From Octopus vulgaris (lineage: Eukaryota), in assembly GCA_951406725.2 (NCBI GenBank), contig OX597816.1:93992001-94056000 (forward strand): a DNA stretch of 64,000 nt. The letters run 5' to 3'. Below the pieces are notes generated by a model. It saw only the letters and a list, made by a program, of their open reading frames with translations. It was not told the DNA's origin and did no database searches. Positions 12,050-26,481 of this stretch are shown piece by piece; position 1 is the first letter of the stretch; each line of letters opens with the position of its first letter. The translations under genes were made by a program, and so were the position numbers.

Positions 12050-15000
12050 GAGGGTTGAACATGACACGCGTCGACCTTTTTGCTAACACCTTGGCCAAAA
12101 TCTTTTACTCTACATTGAGTATAGTTATGGGCTTAAAGTTACTAGTATGATACCCCTTGCTCGGGTCTTTTCTAATCAGCGTCACCACTCCGCAACTCAC
12201 AGAGCTGGGAATCCTCCCATTCTGCTGCCAGTTTGTGTAGACGCAGGCCAGCAAGTGTCCGAACAAGTCCGGCATACTACGATAAAATTCTTAGGGTAGA
12301 CCATCCAATCCCGGCGACTTGTCTCCGGCGCATTCAGCCAGCACCTCCTCGACCTCCGCAGTTGTAATCTGCCCTTCACAACATTCCACCTCCCGGGCCG
12401 AGAGTCGCGGCCCGCCGGCGAGTAAGTCCTTTAGGGACTCCCTACGGTCCCGCTCGTCCCAAACAACCGGGCGAAATGCTGGTGAAAAGCCTTTTGCATC
12501 TCCTCCTGTTCTTTGATCTACGCCCCTGCTCGTCAATCAAAGACTTTATAGAGGCTTCACTGCCTCTCCGACTCTCCATACGACGTGCCCATCCGGCAAT
12601 GTTAATACCTTCTCTACCTACCACACGTAACTTAGCTCTGACTCTTCACCCTTCGTGTTTGGCTTTGAGATGACGAGATAACACCGCTCTCGCCGCTATC
12701 ACTCTGGATGAAGAGCCAGATTCCATGGCCTCCTAATTCCTTAATTAGATTCCCTTCTATTCTAGTCTTCTCTAAACTTAGCTGTTTACTAAATCTAAGA
12801 GAGTCAGAATGAATGGCTCGCTTGAGGGTGCACCACCATCTATTATTAATGATGGCTCCGCATAATGCCCTCTGCACTAATTCCTTATCCCGGGCACGTA
12901 AGACTTTACAAGTCAAAATAGATTTATTCATCATCCAGTACCCTGGTCCCTATCTATGACACTTAACTAGGTGCACCTCACACGTCACAAATTTGTCATC
13001 CGTGTAAGGTACACAACAAAAGCGTGGACAACTAAACGTATTCCTATATTTCTGTCTAACGAATATCCTATCTAAATAAGATCTGTATGAACCGTAGTTA
13101 TTAGACCATGCTCACTGTGGAACCAGCGGTTCATTCAGTCTATATCTGTTTAATAGGTTGTAGCTCCCTAGTAGCCTTTTAAGGCCAGGATTTCCCCTTC
13201 TGTCGGCCGAACCAACACTATCCACCCGTGCGTCGATAATAGTGCTAAAGTCTCCCACTAAAACTAGAGTTTTAAACGTCACCAGAAAGCTCTTCAGGTC
13301 TCGAAAAAAAACCAGCTTGTCTACACTCTTTAGGAGCGTAGACCGCTACGAACTCGAAGGACTGCTTACTTGCGTGTGTCACATCTAGGACAATCAGTCT
13401 ACTTTCTGGGTCCAGAAAGACTGTACTTACCTGTACGTCCAAGTTTTTTCTGAACAATACCACCACGCTCCCGCCTCTCCGTCGATTAGGAGAAATTAAT
13501 TTCTCATAGCCATTTAGAAGAGGCGAGAACGCCAGTAGCCCGTTCAACTTGACTCAGTCGCAACACATATATCAATTTCTAGTGACCTGAGATCGTCCAG
13601 GAGACAAGTTTGCTTCCATTTCGACCCCAGGCCACGAACATTTATAGAACCTAACTTAATTTCCATGATAAAAATAAGAAACTTACAATTTGAATATGGG
13701 GTGGGTCTGCACGAATTTGCCAGCCTCCCCTTCTTTTTCTTTTCTCTCTGATGTGTAGCCGCTAGGCTAAGCACAAGTCTTTGTTGGCTATCTCTTGGTT
13801 AACATCTTGTATGTCCTGCGGGTATCTCTCTTTAGATTGTTCGAATGGTTCTGCTCCTATCCATGCCAACTGTACATTCGGTGGCATACCTTGTGGTTGA
13901 AAAATGTAGGGTTTTTTTATGCAAAATTATTATTCTCTCTAGAAAACTATTTTTCTCATTGCACTTCACAATCCTTTCTCCTAATGCATTTTTAGGGGTG
14001 GGGTTGGTGGTAGGTTTCGACTTGGGGCGGATTAGGGAGTTTTTTTTTCTGTGTGTTTGCGTTTTGTGTAGATATTTTCTTTGTCAGGAGAGGGAGTCTG
14101 GGGCATGGGCTTTGTTTCTTTTATGTGAAACCACTGGGGTAAATTCCATTTCCTCTTCGGCTTCCTTCTGCTGTGTGTTTTCTACGTTTTGCTTATTCCT
14201 TTCTTCCGCTTTCCTTGTGACGCTTTCTGTGACGCTTTCCGTCGCTTTCTTGTTACTTTCTTTTGGGGGAGGGACTTCAGCCTATTTCTGTTGTTGTTGT
14301 TTTTATTTTTTTGCACTCCGAGCAAACGTGCCCTTTTTCTCCTCATTTAAAGCATTTGGGTCTACGTCCCTCGACTGATACTCTCCCCTATAAAAATGCG
14401 GTCTGGCCTCGATTCGAGTATTTCATTTGAGGCTTGAACTACCATCTCAAGTATTTGGCCTTTCCAATTTAGAGCCTCTCGCTTTTTCATTTGGAGTATT
14501 GTTATTTCCTCTTCTGCATCATAAATTACGGCCGCTGCCATCCATGTTACGTCGTAACCAGCTGCTATCTCCTTTATAGTTATTTTGCAGTTCTCTGGTC
14601 TAGGTAGGTCGGGAGCAACATTATCTCATAATTTTTTAACGTTTGGGTCGATATTTCTTTTGTTATTTCAGCGTTCTCGAATTGCGCCTCAACAGTGGCG
14701 CATCTTGCTCCTCGACCGACATAGGCAATTTTTCCCCATATGGGGGCGAGGCACTTTTCTACTACCTTGTTCTTCACAGAATTCTTTTTTTCTTCCGGTT
14801 CTATATTTTATATACTACCGTTCTGGCAGTTCTGTAACATATACTGTGGTGGCAACAGTTTTGTTTCTTTGTCACTTTTTTTAATGAGATTTCGAAACTT
14901 ACATAATTGTTCCTTTGACACCTCCAATTCACAAAAATTACCCCCAACGGCAGCAGAGAAATTGGGTTTTTCCTTTCCTTCCTGATTAGAAACTTGGTTA

Positions 15001-15190
15001 CTTTCTTTCATTGCCGGGAAATCTTCCGTGGAGAACAGAAAGTCGACATTCGACAACAAATTCAATCCCATTTTTACAAATGGCCTCCGAATAACAGAAA
15101 AATCATAAATATTTTTGTCAAAAATTACAAAAATTAATTTTTTACCCTGCAACGAGTAAAAAAAATCACAACAAACAGTCCAACAAGTTA
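12050..15190 (-). mobile_element. L1/Tx1-like non-LTR retrotransposon: 5' region and ORF1 (about 15071-13680), ORF2 APE endonuclease and start of RT (13666-12050); frameshifted and 3'-truncated
   Basis: ORF2 start MEIKLGSINVRGLG..KQ..LLDDL...IDICVATE, GGSVVVLF, VAVYAP, LVGDFS, YLDRI and the RT-proximal KSPGLDGLP and NFKPITILNVE*KILAKVLAKR. Confidence 0.9.
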
Positions 15191-15236
15191 CATACATATA
15201 TACGTACGTACATACATACATACATACATACATACA

Positions 15237-15314
<78 letters not shown>
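15191..15314. repeat. (TACA)n-(TA)n microsatellite abutting the LINE 5' end
   Basis: Direct reading. Confidence 0.95.
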
Positions 15315-15320
<6 letters not shown>

Positions 15321-15781
15321 GAGGCCACTCCAGGTCATCAGCGTCACTCGGGCTCATCACAAATTTCTTCACTCCAGCTCATCACAGATTTCGTGTAAGA
15401 CGTACCTACAATTTCTTCTTCAACTTGTGTGTTTACATAAAATGATATTCGCTACACAAGCTGTATTACAGGTTTTATATCACAATTGATTGGTAATTTT
15501 AGGAAGTCTTTTAACTGTGAAAAAATACTTCAGATAACTGATTAGTAATCGAATCATATTTCACTGTTGACAGAATATTAGCATAGTTTATTTTAAGCCA
15601 TGAAAAAACTGTCTCACATTTCAATATTTGCCAGAATTAGATTTGGTAACAAATATCCCACGAATACGGCGAAATGAACCAATTCTAAAGCGTATAGCAG
15701 ACTTTATCCTTTGCTAGTCGCATCGGGTAAGAAAGGATATGAAATTTGTATTTACATCCATGACAGGACATGTGTTATATA

Positions 15782-16907
15782 TCTACTACATATGTGGAAA
15801 ATCGGTGTGGGTTTCTTTGTGGCGTTATCTAACTCCTCCTACATCGTTTCATTGATTTTGATGAAACTTGACACATGAGTAAAACTCATGTCTGGAAACC
15901 TCGTAACATACTTAGATTGTTGAAAAAGTCGATAATACGGCCCCTGGAAGGGACCTTTATATCTACCTCATATGACTATTTTTATAAACACCCAAGGGAA
16001 ATGACCTTTACCACCTGTACAATATTTTTAAATACTCAAGGGAAATAACCCATTTCATTGTTTATCGATTACTTTGAATATTGATTTTTTGTGTGTCTAA
16101 TTTCTAATTTTTGCAGACAATATCACTTTTTTTACTTATTTAACACGTGAGTAGAATTCATGTCTGGAAACCTCGTGACATACTTAGATTATTGAAAAAA
16201 TCGATAATAGGGCCCATCCAATGGATCCACGTCTCTACTACATATTATTAATATTTTATTTGAACAACCTAAGGGAAATAACCCATACCACCTACAGTTT
16301 CTAGAGAAGCGATCGATATTTGATTCTCACGATCGGCCGACCTAATTCTGTATTTCACTACTCACAGTTTTGAACTGCTAAACATTATTATTGCTTAATT
16401 TGAATCTCTTCATTCATACATTTCTATACAAACATACTTTTTGGAATGCCCATTAATCCGTTAATTCTGCATTTTTACAGTTACACTTTCCCCGCGACAG
16501 TTAATAATTATTTTCCCTCTATTTGTAGAGGTTTCATGCAAGCATAGCGTGGATTCGATCCTTCATTGCCAAATTTCACTTAACACCAACAGCGCTTTTA
16601 TCACGGAAAACAATAGTTTTTCTGTGAACGACAACCTCTCTCGACAACCTTCGACAACCTCTCTAGACAACCTCCGACCGACAACCTCTCTAAACAACCT
16701 CCGACGACCTCTCTCACCAACCTCCGAAAACCTCTCTCGCCAATCTCCAACAATCTCTCCCTCCTCCAGCTAACAGTTTTTGAACTTTTTCGTGATGGAA
16801 AATACACCTTTTATGGCAGTTATAACGAAATTGCTTTCTTATATCAGAGTAATAAGGCGTTTCAGTAGACCATCTTTACCTCCGGGAATTAGCGAGTACA
16901 CCAGCTA

Positions 16908-16908
<1 letters not shown>
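15782..16908 (+). mobile_element. Non-autonomous Helitron-like element with an internal duplication (about 15870-16020 / 16143-16295) and a minisatellite (16630-16760)
   Basis: A|TCTACTACATAT 5' end and CCGGGAATTAGCGAGTACACCAGCTAG|T 3' end. Contains GATTTTGATGAAACTTGACACA, a motif common in non-autonomous Helitron/DINE-like elements. No TSD. Confidence 0.7.
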
Positions 16909-16975
<67 letters not shown>

Positions 16976-17000
16976 AGAGAGAGAGAGAGAGAGAGAGAGA
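16909..17000. repeat. (TA)n-(GA)n microsatellite
   Basis: Direct reading. Confidence 0.95.
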
Positions 17001-20000
17001 TTCAGGTGAATATGGTACTTAAGTTGAGGCACCAGAATTCCATACAATATCAAAATATGGTGATTAAAAATCAAAATAAGCAACAAGGATATCCAGAGGT
17101 AATGCAGTACGATCGTTTCAAGCAACTCCATTTAATTGAACAATGCAATCATTTCATCAATTTAAATGCAGATCAATCTTCAGTTGCATAACGACATAGA
17201 ATTTAATTAAATTAAAACAGATGGACACATTAGTATAATTTTGCCTAAAATCTCCAAGAAGATAAGGAGATAGACAAAAAAAAACATGCTGCCTTCACTT
17301 CAGTTTAGAAGCTACTAAGGAATCAGGAAGAAAGACCTATCAGTTGTTCGAGATTGCCTGATTAAATAAACATTAACTTCATCGTAAGATCTTCTTTCTC
17401 CCATGCGTATTGCGTATTGCTTAATTATACTACGTGTGATAACAGCAATAATTTTTTTAAGAATTTCGTTGGATTAACTTTTGTTTTCATTGTGTAACTC
17501 GTCTTCTTGATAGATTTATCTACTGTTGTGCTAGTCAGCAATCACACGTAACAAAATTACATTTCTTTTTTAATCGAATAGTATGTATATCTATATAAGG
17601 ATATCTTATTTTGAGGGGAAATTGGCGGAAACATGATCTTCTCATATATTGTACTTCTCAATGGACTGAAATAGCAAGTCAGCGAGTCCTTTACACTCGC
17701 ATAAATCAATTTATCATTCAGTACATGTTAAATTTCATGAAATCTCCGCCTTTAATATGTTGTAGAATCACCTTATCGGCTATCATCTACCAAAGCAGTC
17801 TTAAAATACATTTCTAGTGTATTGAAAAACTCTCTCAAGGATGTACCATTATATCTGGCAAAGTTGTGATGCAAAGGGCTGGGGGTCGCAGGATATCGTT
17901 CATGGCCGTCATAATAAATCCGGCAAGGTAAATCTCACAGTCAAGTTACTTTTTTTATTTATTAAAGCAAATCCGTTAGTCTTCAGTCAAGTTTCTTGCA
18001 TCGAAAAAAACAACTATTTTGAAATGTATTGACAACGTGACCATCAGTTTAATATAGTACGTATAGAAAATCTTATAAAGCATGCAACGCTTTCAACATC
18101 AAAGTTGAAGCCATCTTATTTTTCTGCACTGACTACATTATATATAGTTTTATGTCGTGGATTTTGTTGTCCTTCATCACACCCCATTACATTAAAGAAC
18201 ATCTTGTAACACCTACATTTTCATACAGTCTACTTAAAAATTGCAGTTGATTCCCTCCTTTATTGTCTATCCTAACAAAATTAGGTAAGTTTTATCTTCA
18301 CCAGACAAAGAGTCAAACCTACCTCATTCTGATATCTCAAGGAGCTCTAATCTCCATCCAGTGGACAGCATCTACCTTCTTTGTAATTAGTGAGTCCTTC
18401 CAAACTCACAGATTGTCAGGATTATTAACTAAAGTGACAGATTTTACTAAATTTCTCTTAGCTGTCAAAATTAGCATTGTCTTTGATTTTAAGGCGTTTA
18501 TTAAAACTAGTCACTTATTATCTAATCATCCAGCCTCCTCTATCTTAATACCAGCATATGGCATTCTAGTTCTCTAAGATCAGCTTCCTTGTTTTGCTAA
18601 TATTCTAAAAACTGTTGTATTACTTGCTAATTCTCAGAACCTTGATTTCTGGTTCCCTTTCACGTCTGCAACGATTCTCACGGAAGATCCTCCGTATATT
18701 GTATAGGTATACTTTCAAATGTTATTAATGTCTTCTACTATATATAAAAAAAAAAAAACATGGATAAATCATGCATTTTCATACTCAGCCAGCAAGTAGT
18801 TCGAATGTTTTACGTTATTATGGTATAGATTCATACGTCTTTAATTTCTGGTTAAAACATAATGATAAATATGTCTTGGTGACGTCGACAATTAATTCAA
18901 GAGTCTAGCTTCCAAAGCACAGTAACGCAATCCATTCGGTTTCATCGGCGACTAATTAGAATGAAATCAAATTAACTTAATAATCCTGTGGATGTCGAAC
19001 ATGTTTCTCCTATCAGTAGGTTTTACTTATGCCAATATACAAATAGTGTAGTTTGTCAAGAATTATTTGGTGGACATAGGACCAGTTCTTTATATCCCAG
19101 GAAGCTTTGATTGAGCCAACCTAATACCAAATATGTTCCAGATATAACGATCTTTTCTATTTTCCTTCAAGAATAGAGTATCTAAGACAACACTATGCCA
19201 CTTATATTTCATTTAAGTCCTATAGCAATCCATATGATATTATAAATAACGATTCAAATCTTTTCTGACCATTAGCACTATAGAACATCGACTAGCAAAG
19301 CAACTAATTGTTAGTTATCTAATCTCCATCCCTTTATTGTAAATATGTATCATGTTAAAGTGTACTTCTATATGTAAAGAAGACTACTTGATTTTAATTG
19401 GCTGAACAAAAAATATCATGGTGTCCCAAACAATCAATGGGCATAAAGTTGAAAGAGTGCCTGGCCATCATCTATATCCTACTTTTGTGACATTGTGTTG
19501 TATGTAAGGTCAAAGTAATCATCCCTTAAAGTTAACGACCCACTGCAGTGAGTACTGGCATGTTTTGGGGTGTTTTTTTTGTTTTTCTTTTCGTTTTGTT
19601 TTTCTGTCATACTGACCAAATTACGGAAACTAAAAGCCAATACTGTTCTAGCTGGTACAGCAAAGTTCAATTTTCGTCCTCTGGGTTAAGAAAAGTATCT
19701 GTAGCAATATGGTTTCTTGTTAAGGTAGATGTCAATATCTAATCTACTAAAGGTTTGAAACCGGAAATGAAATCAAATGGAACGCAGAGGCCTATAAAAG
19801 AATACTAATTTCTTTTTCCTTTTAATCAATGATCAGTGTTTATGCAGTATTATTTCATTTCTTCACTTTTTGCGCGCTTATCAAGTTATTACTTAATAGC
19901 CACGCATTAAATAGTAAAATGCGAACAACAGCAAGAAATCATTAAGCAGAAAACCGCTAATTTATTTATCAAAAATTTTAATTTATCTCACTTGGCTTCA

Positions 20001-20769
20001 GAAACTAAGAAGCTGTTGTAGAAAAAAATGCCTGTTTGTCCTACTTATGAACGAAATGATATGTAAAAGCATGTTAATGGGTCAATTAAGTCCTATTATG
20101 TTTAATTTCAGCTACGGCAATCGTGCTCAGAATATAATAAGCAATCTCTCACATCATGGGTTTCACAACTATAATCAATTCAAATAAACGTGCGAGTTTC
20201 TATGCGCTCATTTGACCTTCTGAGAATATGTCTTTCCAGCTATCTTTTTATCTATCAGTCAATATATCATTTACATTTTAGTGTTAGTATATTTCATAAA
20301 GTAACCATTAGATACCTACCTGATTAAAAATATGTTTGCGATGGGGAAAAAAGCACTATTAGATCAATGACTATTAACTTTTTAATTATTTCGGCACATA
20401 CAGGTAAAAGTTCTTGGCACGTTTCGATCTTACAAGATATTCACGGTAAAGTATAGGCCTTACTATTCTCGCCGAAAGAGTGATAATGCTAGTATTAAAT
20501 CAAGTATAGCTTTGCCATGCGAATGATACCTCTAGATGAATCATATCAATGTTGTTTAAATGTGTTATTTAATGAATCTCTAAATCTAATTTAGGCTACT
20601 ACAGCGTAGTCTGTGTTCTGCTGAAAATCTCTACAAAGTCATCACCATGTCCAGTGTTATTAGCACTACTTAAAGAAATTTTATAACTAATATTAGCCAC
20701 TGAGTTGATGAAATTGACACCACTTATAAACTAATAGAATTGATTTTATAGAATATTATGAGCTAATAT

Positions 20770-20952
20770 TGATTTCAATTTTTTGGTACAAGGCCAGCAA
20801 TTTGGTGGGAGGGGGCAAGTCTGTGACATCGACCCAGAAAGGGATGAAAAGCAAAGTCGTCCTCAACGGAATTTGAACTCAGAACGTAAAGAGAGCCGAA
20901 ATGCTGCTCAGCATTTTGCCCAGTTTGCTTATGATTTTGCCAGCTCGCCGCC
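20770..20952 (-). mobile_element. SINE family A
   Basis: GATGAAAAGCAAAGTCGTCCTCAACGGAATTTGAACTCAGAACGTAA...CAGCTCGCCGCC. Confidence 0.85.
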
Positions 20953-20984
20953 TTATATTGCGCTAATATCAGAAATCAAAATAA

Positions 20985-21197
20985 GGCGGCGAACTGGCAG
21001 AATCGTTAGCACGCTGAGCAAAATTCTGAGTAGCGTTTCGTCCATCTTTACGCCCTGAGTTCAAATTCTGCTGAGGTCGACTTTGCCTTTCATCCTTCTG
21101 GAGTCGGTAAAATAAGTACCAGTTGAACAATGGGGTCTATGAAATTCACTTGCCCAACCTTCCGAAATTGCTAACCTTATTCCAAAATATGAAACCA
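20985..21197 (+). mobile_element. SINE family A with apparent TSD
   Basis: GGCGGCGAACTGGCAGAATCGTTAGC head. Flanks AATATCAGAAATCAA and AATATTAGAAATCAA. Confidence 0.85.
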
Positions 21198-24100
21198 ATA
21201 TTAGAAATCAATATATATTTCTCGAGTACAGATTGAGAATCAAAAGTACACAAACCTTGCATTCTACCTTTCTCCTCCCCTCCTCTCTATCGCCCGCTCA
21301 TTCACTCTCTCTCTCTCTCTCACACACACATACATTAAGCAAGCACTCTTTTACTGATTCCCTCACCTACTCACACTTACAACGATTAACAGATTGTTGA
21401 TCTCTCCTATACTGTTTCTATTGTCAAATAATTCAGTTACATGGGCACTGTTTTTGACCAGTTCCCTCGTCAACCCTGATTAATGTAACTTATTATTAAA
21501 AATGCTCTCGTTCTAATTATTTCTTCTTTTTAGGTCATATTGGTCTAATGTTTCTTTTTCTTGTAATATCAGGCGGTAGGGTGTGATTTGAGGGAGGTTT
21601 GGCTGATATTTCTAGCATGTCGAGCGACTACGTAGAGACTTCCACACTGACTGCAAAACACAAAGTTGAATGTTCTGATAAGTAAATAGTAAGGATTTAA
21701 GGATTTACAGTTACCGTATTGTGTAAATGCAAGTTTGACAAGACCACGCGGTGTGTGGATATACATACGCCCGCTCATATGTATACGTATGCACATATAT
21801 GTGTGTTAAGTGTATAGGTTAAGTATAAGTTTGTGTGAGTATTCTTTTAATCAATTCATGTCATCGAATATGTGTGCACATATCGGTGCAGATGTAGTCA
21901 TTCACGTGCCTCGTTATGTATCAGTCAGACAGTATGTCCCCTTAATAATAGTTAGTTTTCGCGCTAATCATAGTGTTCGTAATGTTTAACGGGTGTTTTC
22001 CCCGCCCCACCACCACCACTATCATTTCTCACTACCTTTCTATTGCCTAATCTCTTCCGACTCGTCTCTCCCTCTTCCTCTCTTTCTCCCCTCCTCTCTC
22101 CCTCTTGTCAATGTAACCATAAGGTACCTACTACAGATATTTGTGTGCATTTGCATGTTTGTATGAGTAAAAACCTGCGGTTCATATAAACATTGCGTTT
22201 TTAAACAGACTGCCAGCGCTGCAGAATAGATAAAATTCCTGTATAGTCGAATCTCTTCATATATGTCCGATTTTGTTTTTGACCGCAACGAACGCATTTT
22301 GTCGAAAAGGTAGAGTGGAAAGCTTACTAGCAAATTTTTGTTAAGTTCTCCAATGTTCTGAATGATTGCAAAGCTTACTGGCCTCAGCTTTGGCTATCGT
22401 TCCTAGAGGATTAACAAAATAGGAAATATACCGAGTTCTGATAAATCTAATAAAATTGGTCTTTTACCAGATCAAAATTATCTAGGCAGTTTGACCAACA
22501 TGGTAAAGTTTATGCTGTCAGCTAATTGGACGCAGCTTCAAAGTCTGTTGATCTATGAAAATATAAACGTCACTTCAGACAGATACTAGAAAATACCTAC
22601 CAGCTTGAAACTTTATGTAGTAAACGGACATCTTTTACAGAAAATGACTTGTCCCTCTCCAACACGATGGGTTCATGTCGTTCTTGAGAAATTAGAGATT
22701 AGAAAGGCAGATTTGATTCTTTGATTCCTTACAACGCTTCTGAAATCGAATTATACTGAGATAGATTTTCGTAACAATTGTTACATAATTTGATCATGAC
22801 TTTCCTGACATTGGAACAATGCCACACTTATATAAGGTAAGGACGTAATCGATGTAATAGACTCCTTCAGGATATGCTTGCTATCTATTTTATCGAACCC
22901 TGAAGAATGTAAAGTAAATTCCATACCGGAAAACTATAAACTAAGGATTCTATCATACCATCGCCGTTGAAATATAATTTCATGTTTGTGCAAGTCTCAA
23001 AAGACCAGTTCGTAGTTCAAGACTCCGGTGCATCAAACAACTGGTAATGAAAGCTCTCTTTGAATAGGTCATGAAGTCTATTGCAGCTACCATTTCCATA
23101 AGATCAGAACTCAGATTATTATGCCACTAGCTGATATAAATTCGTAACTAAGCTGTTGAATTATGAACTTGACTATTTTTGCTTCTTTCTGTTATTTGAT
23201 AGAAGAGGTAACTCTTAGATAACTGCTTCGCTTATTGACTGAGATGAAAATAGTTCCATTGAAGAATATCTCTTTATGTAATACGTTTAAAGTAAATTGA
23301 CCCGACAGAGTTCGACCCTCCATAAAGTCAGAAGGAATGAAGCTCGACGCAGAAAGAAATTTTTCGTCTGATTATAAATGAAGTTTGACTTCTGGGTTGG
23401 TAAATCTTAGAGAAGGATGAATTCCTCTTACTGATTTACTCTTGATAAATATTCCACTTGAAAAGAGTCTTTGGTGGAGCCCTAACCTGCAATAAGTTAT
23501 GAGATAATAAATCTCCTCATCAATACTGTTCATTGGCTTGCAGTCGTAATCGCGAACGCACGCGCACATATTCTTCACACAGTATACTACAAGCTGACAA
23601 AGGAGCTTCTACATGGCAGCTCGAGCTTTTAGAAATAGCTGCTAAATATCCGACAATATTTAAAAAGGAAAGTACACATGTGATAGAGTACTTCTACACA
23701 GTGAAGTACATTTGAACATAAATTTGGTCGATCTAGTTTGACCTGAGGATAAACAACAACAATCTACTTGTAGATAAAAAGAAATTGCGCAACAAGTAGA
23801 CAAACCTTCAGTTATCTCTTTCGTCACTTTTACAATTATTTGTGGCCATTTGAAGTTCATCTCTCTATATCGAAACCACCAAAACTTTTAGCGTGCCCTA
23901 CTTGTATATCAAGAATCCAGGCTGGTAATCTTCCCTTTCCAAAGTAGTAAATATAAATACTACACTAAACACGACAAATTTGAATTTAGTGCCAGTAAAT
24001 GCGCGTGACCTAATGATTAGGGTGTTGCACGTACAATCGCAAGATCGTGTTTTCGTTTCCCACATCGGGTGGCGCGTTGTGCTTTTAAGCGAAGCACCTT

Positions 24101-24221
24101 GTAGTGGATCTTGCATGCATGAAGTGGATTCAATCCACCATAGCCAAATATAAAATTAACAGTTCAACAGAATTTTTCTCACGGTGGAACAATGTTTTTT
24201 TCTGTGACAGCAGTTTTACAT

Positions 24222-24772
24222 TTGCTAGATTGCCTGAGCTAGACCGAAATAATGTCTTCACCCCTTGACCCTTCTACTACTTGACCCTTCTACCACTTGA
24301 CTTCTTCACCACTTGACTTCTTCTACTTAACCAAAAACTACAACAGAGATATCACAGTACCGCCAACGAAGCCCATTGTTCTCAACGATATGTCTATCTA
24401 TCTGGATAGTTATAAAATCAAGAACCCGCAAGCAAAAGACAGTTAGTCACTTCGGTAACAACTCATGAGAACGAAGTCTGGCTGACCAGCTAGAACCTTG
24501 GTCAGAGGGAGAAATGAAGTTTATTGTTCGCAACTGTGAGACAACGTCCCACAACCCTACAACTCTCACCAGCTCTAATTCTGTTCTCTTACATCATTCT
24601 ACCTCTCTCTGTAATCACTACTAAACAGTGAAGAGAACACAAACACAAACTTTACTTCGCATGCTTTTGGATTTATCATAACCTGCTCGTCGAGGCAAGG
24701 TATTGTAACGTAACGGTAAATAAATATTTCCTTAAAACTTCATGCATTGTTCATCTTTCACATCCTACAACA
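24222..24772 (+). mobile_element. Possible solo LTR containing a 15-16 bp tandem repeat (CTTGACCCTTCTACTA, about 4 copies, 24264-24330)
   Basis: Ends AATAAA...CATCCTACAACA, an LTR-like 3' end. The 5' boundary is uncertain and no TSD was found. Confidence 0.35.
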
Positions 24773-25542
24773 TGCCGTTATAACAACAAATTTTTATCGT
24801 TACAACTGCTGACTCCGATATTGCATATTATTGTGTACCTAATCAATCTTACCCATTACAATTGGTAACTACACTAATTAAAACCTAACAGTTACAACCT
24901 CATGTCACGTTACTCCAGTCCTGTAACGAACTGGTATCCCGTTAAGGGGAAATACTGTGCTCTCCACCAATTATACGCCATGGAAATCAGTTAATCAGCC
25001 CTACAAGTCCTAGAACTCGAGGAAGTACTTGAATTAAAAATTTATTAGGAAAGGAAAGTAAAGATGACTGATATACTACACGCAGTTTCAAATCCTGTCA
25101 GTTCCACTAGGGCTTTCATCTCTCTCTGAGGTCGATAAAGTGAGTCCCAGACGTTCTGATTCCACTTGGAGTATACACCCAAAATAGTATCCAAGCTCAC
25201 TACTAGGAACTAACATAATTCTCATCAGTATTATAGTGCACATTACTACTGCATAAACAACTGCTTCGTGAAGAGACTTATCGATATAGAAATCCGGAGC
25301 CAGGGTCTGACATCTTCATTTTTCGATTTGGAGTTCAATACCTTGTTGGACCAGCTATGGTCCTTATTATGTCAGTGATCATTGCAAAGTAAGATATAAA
25401 CTCCCTGCTGGGCGAAACCGCGACTTTATTTCGATTTTCGATCTAACGCTATTTTATTTCTATGCCGTTAATAATACTATTTGGAAAGGCTAGACATATC
25501 ATTTCCCCCCTTCCCTCAAAATATAGTTCCTTTGTGCTTATT

Positions 25543-25594
<52 letters not shown>

Positions 25595-25990
25595 CCTCGT
25601 ATAAATCAACGATTACACACCCGTTACTAAAGGCGTCTTGTGTCTAGACAAAAAGAACTTAATATTTAAGGATTATAAATGATTGATTAAAAATATTCAT
25701 TATTTAACGGCTTTGTAACGTTTGTCAATGTCACAGTAATAACAGAGAGAATATGGGAACCTCTTATTAAAATTTTACTCTGAACATTTATAGCTCTACC
25801 GCAAATAGTTATTTCTAAAAACAAAAATTCATTAAAATCTCGTACTGGAATACAAACAATCAATTTTTTTACGTAAACGTAACAGCCCTGTTTTTAATGT
25901 GGGTTGTGAGTGTGACATTAATGCTGTTCCCAAGGATAGTGATGATGGTGGATTTTCCTATCTACTTTGAGTAATTTATATAGATATATG

Positions 25991-26120
25991 TACATACATA
26001 CATACATACATACATACATACATACATACATACATACATACATACATACATACATACATACATACATACATACATACATACATACATACATACATACATA
26101 CATACATACATACATACATA
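25991..26120. repeat. (TACA)n microsatellite
   Basis: Direct reading. Confidence 0.95.
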
Positions 26121-26481
26121 ATATATGTGTGTATGTATGTGTGTAGAAACGAAATTTGTCTAAGCATACTACGGATGAGGCGCTAAGACACAGAAATCCA
26201 CCGTTGCTGCTGGACGCTTTTCATCTGATACTGATGCAATTCTGTGTACAAAGATGCTTTCTTTGAACGAATACCGCAGTGTTGTGGCTTTCTATAATAT
26301 ATCCACGTAAAGTAAAATATACAGACAGCTATTCTGCACTAATACTAATATATATATACATATATATATATCCCTCCTCCGAAATTGCTGCCCTTCTGCC
26401 AAAATTTGAAACTAATATGTCAGACTGAAATATATCCGCTATGGACTTTAAAAATATTATTGAAGCAATATGACTATAAGC

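Noticed and set aside
13845-14378. 177-aa hydrophobic plus-strand ORF
   Set aside because: Antisense to the A-rich, Lys/Glu-rich ORF1 region of the minus-strand LINE.
16549-16773. Ser/Thr/Pro-rich ORF as a Helitron-captured exon
   Set aside because: Explained by translation of the ACAACCTCTCT minisatellite. No recognisable domain.
18060-18720. Possible highly decayed LINE
   Set aside because: The composition suggests old coding DNA but no diagnostic motif could be read. The same holds for 7030-7800 and 22380-22800.
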